NCBI RefSeq assembly: GCF_006345805.1 | Contig: NW_021829173.1 | Coordinates: forward strand, 1-6,927 | Reading direction: 5' to 3' | DNA: 6,927 nt | DNA from: Octopus sinensis | Taxonomy: Eukaryota | Shown: piece after piece, positions 1 to 6,865 of the stretch | Layout: each line of letters begins with the position of its first letter | Numbering within the stretch: position 1 is the stretch's first letter | Made by a program: the position numbers and the translations under genes | Notes under the pieces: generated by a model | Seen by the model: the letters and a program-made list of their open reading frames with translations, nothing else | What the model was told of the DNA's origin: nothing | The model's database searches: none

Positions 1-36
1 TTTTGCAAAATAGTGGTTTTGTCTCAAATAATATTT

Positions 37-199
37 TATATATATATATAATATATATACATATATACATACATATACACACACACATACATATATACAC
101 ACACCAACATACATGCATACATACACACACACCCAAACACACACACACCCACACCCACACGCACACACACACATATATATATACATATTTATATATATA
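37..199. repeat. Compound microsatellite (TA)n-(CATA/CA)n-(TA)n
   Basis: Read directly: TA runs at both ends and a degenerate CA/CATA tract in the middle. It explains ORF 3..200 (IY/HT repeats). Confidence 0.95.
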
Positions 200-523
200 G
201 GATAGTGGTACAACAATGCACCAATATTTACTGGAAATAGCTAGCAGTCGATAATATAGTAAAGCTTCACTGTGTATATATACTGGGAAAGATGTTCGCG
301 GGCGGCGAACATAAAAAATTTCATCTTACCTATTGGAAGAACATTAAATAAATGTACAAACCAGATGTGGATAATCTTGGACCGAGGTTTCGAACTTTCC
401 AAATTACGTTAATGTAAATTTCATTAGTTCTCATCGGATAGATTCACCTAGATAAAATTTCAAATGTGGCTACATCAATACCAGTATATACTTGTCTGAA
501 CGCCTAGCCGTTAACAGACCGAG

Positions 524-526
<3 letters not shown>

Positions 527-567
<41 letters not shown>

Positions 568-575
568 ATATATAT
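527..575. repeat. (TA)n microsatellite, left flank of the tandem element
   Basis: Near-perfect TA run of about 49 nt with one interruption. Confidence 0.97.
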
Positions 576-678
576 AAAGTTAATCCAAACAAGAAAGCAC
601 AAAAAAAAACAACAACAACGCGAGGACGTGGACAAAATATAGTATTATTGGACGCTCAGGAAAGAAGGAAAGAAGGAG

Positions 679-711
679 GTTTAATGTTTCGAGCGAAGCT
701 CTTGTCGGAAC
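679..711 (-). ncRNA. Degenerate hammerhead-like motif, copy 1 (probably inactive)
   Basis: Minus strand reads GUU-CCGAC-AA-GAGC-UUC-GCUC-GAAA-CA-UU-AAAC. Stem II and GAAA are kept, but one core nucleotide (G8 equivalent) is missing and the ACGU palindrome is mutated to ACAU. Confidence 0.45.
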
Positions 712-905
712 ATAGGAGAAGGAAAGATCCAGAGAAGGGAAGACAGAGAAAAAAAATCGCCAACGGTACACACGAGGTCATATATATATATATATAATAT
801 ATATATAAAGTTAATCCAAACAAGAAAGCAAAAAAAAACACAACAACGCGAGGACGTGAACAAATATAGTATTATTGGACGCTCAGGAAGAAGGAAAGAA
901 GGAGG

Positions 906-940
906 GTTTAACGTTTCGAGCGGAGCTCTTCGTCGGAAAC
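906..940 (-). ncRNA. Minimal type I hammerhead ribozyme-like motif (variant core), copy 2
   Basis: Minus strand reads GUUU-CCGACGA-A-GAGC-UCC-GCUC-GAAA-CG-UU-AAAC. Stem I is GUUU/AAAC; the core is CCGACGA versus canonical CUGANGA; stem II is GAGC/GCUC with the G10.1-C11.1 pair; then GAAA, a loop-less self-complementary ACGU stem III and a GUU cleavage triplet. Deviations are U4->C and one extra A. Confidence 0.6.
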
Positions 941-1189
941 ATCGAAGGAAAATCCAGGGATGGGAAGACAGATATATATATCTGGGAAACTTGTTTACGA
1001 GAAACGTTTTAACTATTCAAAAACGAATGCTCCTATTCTTTTGTGCCGACCACAGTCTAATGATGCTGACTGGTGAACCAGTATTTGGAGTTGTATCGAG
1101 CTTTACTGATATAATGTAGGCTAAATATAGTAATAATAATAATAAATTCCATCCAAGGAGCGTTGTTATTATTATTACTATATATATAT

Positions 1190-1402
1190 GGCGGCGAGCT
1201 GGCAGAATCGTTAGCACACTGGGCGAAATGCTTAGCGGCATTTCGTCCGCCTTAAAGACGTTCTGAGTTCAAATTCCGCCGAGGTCGAATTTGCCTTTCA
1301 TCCTTTTAGGGTTGATAAAATTAGTACCAGTTACATACTGAGGCCGATATAATTGACTTAATCCCTTCCCCAAAATTTGAGCTTCCTGTAGAAAGGATTA
1401 TT
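1190..1402 (+). mobile_element. tRNA-derived SINE, type A (monomer)
   Basis: Head GGCGGCGAGCTGGCAGAATCGTTAGC with an A-box-like motif at ~1200-1213, B-box GTTCAAATTCC at 1267-1277, body TTTGCCTTTCATCCTTT..GATAAA..AGTACCAG and tail ..GTAGAAAGGATTATT. Homologous to 1681-2079 and 6490-6705 in this window. Confidence 0.88.
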
Positions 1403-1440
1403 TTTACTATATACATATATAAAATTGTTATTACTATAAT

Positions 1441-1636
1441 TTGTGTGCATACGTTCGTGTTTGTCCCTATCATCGTTTGACATCCGGCATTGGTTTGCTT
1501 CCATTCCGTATCTTAGCGTTCCGGGAAAAGGTAACCGACGGAATTACTGCCAGATATAAAAAAATAAGTACCGAGTGTGAATTGTTTGATTAAATCCATC
1601 AAGGCAGGCCAGTGCTCCAGCCGCAGTCATTCACTG
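1441..1636 (+). mobile_element. Old, diverged 3' half of SINE type B
   Basis: Aligns colinearly with 6290-6470: GTGTTTGTCCC..TTTGACA..CTTAGCG..AAAAG..AATAAGT..GTGCTCCAG..CCGCAGTCA. It has many substitutions and no head. Confidence 0.75.
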
Positions 1637-1680
1637 TTACTTGAATAATAAATAAACTGTAAATATGACGCGTGCGTGAA

Positions 1681-2079
1681 GGCGGCGAACTAGCAGAATC
1701 GTTAGCACGCCGGGCGAAATGCTTAGCAGTATTTCGTCTGCGCTCGTTCTGAGTTCAAATTCCGCCAAAGTCGACTTTGCCTTTCATCCATTCGGGGTCG
1801 ATAAATTAAGTACCAGTTACGCACTGGGGTCGATCTAATCGACTTAATTCGTTTGTTTGTCCCCTCTGTGTTTAGCTCGTTGTGGGTAGTAAAGAATAGG
1901 TATTTCGTCTGTCTTTACGTTCTGAGTTCAAATTCCGCCAAAGTCGACATTGCGTTTCATCCTTTTGGGGTCGATAAATTAAGTATCAGTTGCGTACTGG
2001 AGTCGATGTAATCGACTGGCCCCCTCCCCAAAACTTTCGGGCCTGTGTCTAGAGTAGAAAGGTAGAGTAGAGTAGAAAA
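1681..2079 (+). mobile_element. Dimeric SINE type A: full monomer 1681-1899 plus headless second monomer 1900-2079
   Basis: Head GGCGGCGAACTAGCAGAATCGTTAGC and B-boxes at 1753-1763 and 1926-1936. Segment 1729-1844 is repeated at 1900-2017. The two monomers end in different tails, and the second ends in reiterated AGAGT/AGTAG. Confidence 0.88.
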
Positions 2080-2565
2080 AGTGTGTGAGAGAGGGGGGGA
2101 AGGCAGTGCATATCTTCATATAGTCACGTCAATTTATCGACTGGACTTTCGCTAGATATTGCGAGTAAACATACCTCTAATTTCAATCTAATATAAGGAA
2201 AATTCCTTATCTCTACACAACACTTATAAGTATAGAATGGAAATTATATACTTCCGACACCTGTTTACAGAATAGTGAAACCACATATGCTTCGAGATGC
2301 TATCCACCTGATTAACCAATCTCTTGATGAACTATATAATAAAATTCATCTAGTAATACTACTACGCAAATAATAAAAAGAGGAAATGAGTGGTTTGATT
2401 TAAAGAACAAATAAATATAGCTATTATTACAAAGCATATCGTTAACCATATTATATTGTTTTGTATAAGAAATTCGCTTCGCAATCGACGCGTCGAGCGT
2501 TTCCGGCTTCGATCTACCGGTGCGACATCTTGAGAATGTAAACTTACAACAGTCTCCGGTTCCTT

Positions 2566-2609
2566 ACACACATACACACGCACAAACACTCTCTCACACA
2601 AACACACCC

Positions 2610-2646
<37 letters not shown>

Positions 2647-2680
2647 TAAACATAAACATATATGTATGTGTGTGTATATA
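2566..2680. repeat. Compound CA/(CATACA)n microsatellite flipping to TG-rich at ~2660
   Basis: Read directly. It explains the CVCVCV stretch of ORF 2362..2718. Confidence 0.93.
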
Positions 2681-2718
2681 ACATTCATTCTTAAGTATAC
2701 ATATGTATGCCTGTGCAT

Positions 2719-2863
2719 GTAGAGACGCGTTGATCAGTGGTTAGAGCATTGAATTCTTGAACGCTGGATAGTGGTTTCGATTCCTGAATCGGATGAGGTG
2801 TTGTGCTCTTGAGCAAGATAGTTTATTTCATATTGCTCCAGTCCACTCAGCTGTAAAAAATGA
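2719..2863 (+). mobile_element. 3'-truncated tRNA-derived CORE-type SINE (type C head plus core)
   Basis: A-box-like TGATCAGTGGTTA at 2731-2743 and B-box-like GGTTTCGATTCC at 2773-2784, then GTGCTCTTGAGCAAGATAGTTT..CTCAGCTGTAAAAAATGA, which resembles the CORE domain of MIR-type SINEs (GTGACCTTGGGCAAGTCACTT..CTGTAAAATG). CORE-SINEs are described in octopus; the exact family is not assigned. Confidence 0.75.
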
Positions 2864-3080
2864 AGAATCCAGGAAAAGACAATTTATCTTAAGCATCGCG
2901 ACGTTAATACGCCTTAGATTCTTTACTAGTACTGAGAGATAACAGGGTGACGCCGTGATGTAGTTGGATAGTGAGAGGGGGTGGTAGCTAAGAGAAACGA
3001 ACAGTGAGAAGGCCCTTGGAAATCCTCATTTAAAAATCCCAGAAAGCGTTTTTCTAAAGGTCAAAAGACTAGAGGTTTTT

Positions 3081-3149
3081 TGGATGGATGGATGGATGGA
3101 TGGATGTATAGATGGATGCATGAATGGATGGATGGATGGATGGACGGAC
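3081..3149. repeat. (TGGA)n tetranucleotide microsatellite
   Basis: Read directly; a few interruptions (TATA, GCAT, GGAC). Confidence 0.95.
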
Positions 3150-3690
3150 AAAAAGAGGGGACCTACTGGTGGCTCGATATAATTTCAGTGAGGATTCTTT
3201 ACTGAAATTATTGTATTTTGGATAGAAACGGTAACATATGTTACGTTTAGAATATCAACCGAGAGATGCATTTAGAGAACAATGAACAGATCGATAGTAT
3301 TGGTCAAATATAGTCAAGATTATCATCTAAAAGAAAGCAATGCTAACAAATCGAAGATGGATTCGTAAATAACGGAATGATATAAATATACCTGCTACAA
3401 AGCAATACTGCATTCATCTTTTGGCTTCGCCTTTGGTAACCATGAAGAATTGGCATTTGCTGTCTTTAACCGGTAAGCTGATCACATTTGTATATTTTAG
3501 AAACCTTTTTCTTTGCTATATACTTACTTAATTCTTTTCGTGTAACTTTATGAATATAACACTTGGTCTGTGTACATATATACATTATTAAATTTCGAGA
3601 TGAATTCTAATGTTTCTAGATCAGGTTAAATAATTTCACTGACAAGTTATTTTCATCTCTGTATTTAACAATGATAACAACAACAATAGA

Positions 3691-4202
3691 TTAACCCCCT
3701 TCGGTCATGAATAACCATGGGATTGCACCTAGAAAGTTACCCTCCGAGGCACAAGTCTGGGCATAGTTGTTTGTGGAAGACCAGCAGTCGCCCACGCATA
3801 CCAGCCTCCTCTCTCCACGCCACCGATGTTATCCAAGGGAAATGCAAAGGCTGATACAGCTTGGCAGCAGTGACGTCGCAGCTCATTTATTAACGTGCAA
3901 GTGGCTGAGTACTCCACAGACACGTGTACCCTTAACGTAGTTCTCAGGGAGATTCAACGTGACACAGAGTGTGACAAGGCTGGGCCTTTGAAATAGAGAT
4001 ACAACAGAAACAGGAAGAAAGAGTGAGAGAAAGTTGTGGTGAAAGAGTACAGCGGGGTTCACCCTCCCCCCTCTGCCGAAGCCTCGTGGAGCTTTAGGAG
4101 CTTTCGCTCAATAAACACTCACAATGCCCGGTCTGAGAATCAAAACCGCGATCCTACAACCACGAGTCCGCTGCCCTAACCACTGGGCTATTGCGTCCCC
4201 AC
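3691..4202 (-). mobile_element. tRNA-derived SINE (type D head/body, probably with a tail from another family)
   Basis: Minus-strand head GGGGACGCAATAGCCCAGTGGTTAGGGCAGCGG with A-box TAGCCCAGTGG (4190-4180) and a degenerate B-box GGTTTTGATTCTC (4147-4135). The 3' end ..CCCATGGTTATTCATGACCGAAGGGGGTTAA is followed by a short (TTG)n-like tail (3686-3668). Confidence 0.8.
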
Positions 4203-4216
4203 ATAATAACAATATT

Positions 4217-5122
4217 GATTTTTTTATTAACCCCTAATAGTTCGTGCAAATAGCAAGGATGGTACAGGACTATACAGTAAAATATCGTATGATGAGGGTT
4301 ACATGAAGGCGTGTAAACAGTAAAATAACGAGACGTACGAGGATTGCTCTTAGAAACTCCACAAAACTACGGTTGATTTGACCACGAGGACAAATGCGCT
4401 CTCTTCAGCTGCTTCTATCAGTGTACAATTGCATGCTTAGAGCAGATCCGTTTACTCAGGCCATCCTTGCCACGCCCACCCAACCTTCAACAAATTTGAT
4501 GGTAGGCAGCACTTCCCTCTTCACCCTCTCCATCCTCACTTTCCTTTCCAAGTGAAATTTTAAAATGTTGATGAGGGCTTGGCGAAATAGGAAGGTATCT
4601 TCAGCCCTTTTAAAGTGGTCCACCACACAACCACTTTCGCTAAGGCCACCAGACAGATCAACGCTGCCCGATCTTTTTGGCTATAGGAAGGCGACTGAAC
4701 GATCTTCATATGGGACACAGCCGATAGTCGAAGCCATCCTACACGCGGCAGCAGCTGTTCTATATAAACCCATATGCAGTTATGCTCGGGCAGAGGACAA
4801 GTACGTACTGAACAGTTTCGTCACTGTGCACGCATCTCGAGAAGGCCGGACTGACGGCACTGCCAGACCAGGGATTTCTGGAGATTATCCATGGGTCCTG
4901 GCATGAAAGTACCACAGACGTCTCTGAATTTATATTTGCTCCAGTCACAACTTTGTATTCCTTTATAGCGTTGCTGATCAGCTCCATGTGCCATGTGTTC
5001 GACATAGTGACGGTGACATCGTCAGCGTATGCCAACATGGTTCTCCCACTTCCTACTTCGCCTGAAACACCTCTCGCCCCTCAGCGATACCAGTTTCAGC
5101 AGTAGTGACTCTAAGATCAGTC
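4217..5122 (-). mobile_element. Decayed, 5'-truncated, internally deleted L1/Tx1-clade LINE (ORF2 relic plus 3' UTR)
   Basis: Minus-strand translation across frameshifts gives ILESLLLKLVSLRG, then AYADDVTV (RT catalytic YADD at 5029-5018) and EYKVVTGANINSETS (L1/Tx1-like post-YADD motif). These are followed by PGPMDNLQKSLVWQC, a zinc-knuckle relic SRCVHSDETVQYVLVLCP (~4843-4787) and the C-terminal IEQLLPRVG..AKVVVWWT..LKFHLERKVR..FVEGWVGVARM. A 3' UTR ends in AATAAAAAAA (4228-4219). Stops and frameshifts are present. The RT call is firm; the clade assignment comes from motif recognition. Confidence 0.85.
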
Positions 5123-5412
5123 CTATTAGCAATAATTCTATTTATTGGTCAAAAGGAAACATACATGCCTAAAATAACGTCTACGTGCGTATGATTAAAA
5201 ACGTCAAATGCTGACAAATCATAAAAGAAAAGCCCCTACAGTCAGTGGCGTTATGCGAGTATTAAACTAGTATATTATTTTATCGATGCTGGGGTGGGGG
5301 AGGATATGAAACATGGTGACCCCGTTGGGACTTAAATTCAAAACGTAAAGAGGCAGAACAAATACTGCAAGGTATTTTGAAGAACGCTCTTATCAATGCT
5401 GCTGATCCATCG

Positions 5413-5596
5413 GCAGTAGCAGCAGCAGCAGCAGTAGCGGCTGAAGAAGAAGAAGAAGAAGAAGAAGAAGAAAAAGAAGAGAAAAGAAGAAGAAGAAGAA
5501 AAAGATGAAGAAGAAGAAGAGGAGGAAGAAGAAGAGGAGGAAGAAGAAGAAGAAGAAGAAGAAGAAAAAGAAGAAGAAAAAGAAGAAGAAAAAGAA

Positions 5597-5629
<33 letters not shown>

Positions 5630-5854
5630 AGAAGACCAACAAGATGCTGATTCTGACGATGATGAGGACAAAGACAAGGAGAAGGAAGAGGGCGAGTGGG
5701 AAGAAGAAGAAGAAGAAGAAGAAGCTGATACCAACGATGATGATGATAAAGACGAGGAGGCGGAAGAGGGAAGGAGGAGGAGGTAGAAGAAGAAGAAGAA
5801 GAAGAAGAAGAAGAAGAAGAAGAAGAAGAAGAAGAGCAACAACAACAACAACAA
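5413..5854. repeat. Compound trinucleotide tract: (GCA)n, long (GAA)n with GAG/AAA interruptions, degenerate GAT/GAC/GAG segment, (GAA)16, (CAA)6
   Basis: Read directly. 5443-5635 contains a single pyrimidine (T5506), and 5786-5833 is a perfect (GAA)16. It explains the four overlapping homopolymer ORFs. Confidence 0.97.
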
Positions 5855-6071
5855 GAGGGAATCGGGTCGAAAATAGAAGATGCACATTTTCATGGATGGT
5901 ATTTATAGTAGATATTCCACATAAATTCTTGTTTCTCTCACTTCACGTTATTATTATTATATTTTTTTTTATAATTCTCTCTTTCAGTTATCGGTGCTGT
6001 ATTTCTGGGAGCCCCTGCAGGTTCATGTAAGTAATATTTAATATATTCAACAGAAAAAAAAAAATTGAAGA

Positions 6072-6233
6072 GGCGCAGGAGTGGCTGTGTGGTAAGTAGC
6101 TTGCTAACCACCCACATGGTTCCGGTTCAGTCCCACTGCGTGGAATCTTGGGCAGTGTCTTCTGCTATAGCCCCGGGCCAACCATGCCTTGTGAGTGGAT
6201 TTGGTAGACGGAAACTGAAAGAAGCCTGTCGTA

Positions 6234-6264
<31 letters not shown>

Positions 6265-6489
6265 TATTATATATAATATATGTGTGTTTGTGTGTCTGTG
6301 TTTGTCCCCTAGCATTGTTTGACAGCCGATGCTGGTGTGTTTACGTCCCCGTCACTTAGCGGTTCGGCAAAAGAGACTGATAGATTAAGTACTGGGCTTA
6401 CAAAGAATAAGTCCCGGGGTCGATTTGCTCGACTAAAGGCGGTGCTCCAGCATGGCCGCAGTCAAATGACTGAAACAAGTAAAAGAGTA
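6072..6489 (+). mobile_element. Full-length tRNA-derived CORE-like SINE type B with internal microsatellite
   Basis: Head GGCGCAGGAGTGGCTGTGTGGTAAG (A-box-like 6082-6094), B-box GGTTCAGTCCC at 6124-6134, CORE-like ATCTTGGGCAGTGTCTT, internal TA/TG tract at ~6232-6300, and tail GGTGCTCCAGCATGGCCGCAGTCAAATGACTGAAACAAGTAAAAGAGTA with terminal hairpin CAGTC-AAAT-GACTG. Confidence 0.88.
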
Positions 6490-6705
6490 TGGTAAGCTGG
6501 CCGAATCGTTAAGCACGCTGGGCAAAATGTCTAGAAGCATTTTGTCCATCTTTAACTTCTGAGTTCGAATTTCACCGAGGTCGACTTTGCCTTTCATCCC
6601 TTTTCAGGCTCGATAAAATAAGTACCAGTTGAACAATGGTGTCGATGTAATCGACTTACCCACTTTGCCAAAATTGCTGGCCTTGTGCCTAGAGTAAAAA
6701 AGAAT
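6490..6705 (+). mobile_element. Diverged SINE type A (monomer)
   Basis: GGTAAGCTGGCCGAATCGTTAAGCAC head, GAGTTCGAATTTC B-box, GGTCGACTTTGCCTTTCATCC body and CCTTGTGCCTAGAGTAAAAAAG tail. Aligns with 1190-1402 and 1900-2060. Confidence 0.85.
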
Positions 6706-6865
6706 ATGTGTATTGAGTGTACATAGTACGCCTGAACGATGTACTTAGTTTTGTGTTTATAAATACTATCCCTATCGAATGGTATACATAATATATACAC
6801 CTTCCGCTCCTATGTCCACCTTTTGTCACAGTCCGTTATGTATTTCTGCCCATCTTCATTCAGTA

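Larger units (their letters stand above)
576..972 (-). mobile_element. Tandem ~231-bp repeat units (576-780 and 807-972, separated by (TA)n 781-806); probable Penelope-like element pseudo-LTR or retrozyme-type non-autonomous retroelement
   Basis: Both units begin AAAGTTAATCCAAACAAGAAAGCA (576 and 807; period 231) and stay alignable through GGGAAGACAGA. Unit 2 stops at about 972 and lacks the last ~33 nt of unit 1. Each unit has a minus-strand hammerhead-like motif. Tandem direct repeats with minimal hammerheads are the established architecture of PLE pLTRs and metazoan retrozymes. The tandem repeat is certain; the class is inferred. Confidence 0.7.

Noticed and set aside
3-863. ORFs 3..200, 492..797, 580..771, 656..841 and 681..863 as genes
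   Set aside because: They are translations of TA/CA microsatellites and the tandem repeat, with no domain-like content.
576-972. Tandem units as a CRISPR-like array or satellite
   Set aside because: There are only two long units, no unique spacers, and the context is eukaryotic.
2193-2210. ATAAGGAA-AA-TTCCTTAT inverted repeat resembling a Rel/NF-kB site
   Set aside because: It does not match the GGGRNWYYCC consensus, and a short AT-rich palindrome is expected by chance.
2925-3080. Segment from ACTAG to the TGGA tract as a Helitron/Helentron-like repeat
   Set aside because: It has no second copy in the window and no clear terminal hairpin or inverted repeats, so I cannot support it without a repeat library.
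3373-3478. Possible small exon ending at a good donor (CCG|GTAAGC, 3473), with open frame NDINIPATKQYCIHLFGFAFGNHEELAFAVFNR
   Set aside because: The acceptor is weak, I do not recognise the peptide, and open frames this short occur by chance. RNA-seq or tBLASTn would be needed.
3668-4215. Target-site duplication (ATAACAA) around the minus-strand SINE
   Set aside because: It is short, low-complexity and confounded with the (TTG)n tail.
4565-4906. 113-aa plus-strand ORF
   Set aside because: It is antisense to the LINE ORF2 relic and has no recognisable motif.
4760-5038. 92-aa YADD ORF as a functional mini reverse transcriptase
   Set aside because: It lacks the N-terminal RT motifs, is fused to the C-terminal region by deletion and is surrounded by frameshifts and stops.
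5280-6030. Poly-L, poly-F/S, poly-K and poly-R ORFs as proteins
   Set aside because: All are alternative frames of the same GAA/GCA/CAA tract; stop-free frames are expected in such repeats.
1190-6134. tRNA-like heads at 1190, 1681, 2719, 4202 (minus) and 6072 as real tRNA genes
   Set aside because: They have A/B boxes but no complete cloverleaf or acceptor stem, and each continues into a SINE body.
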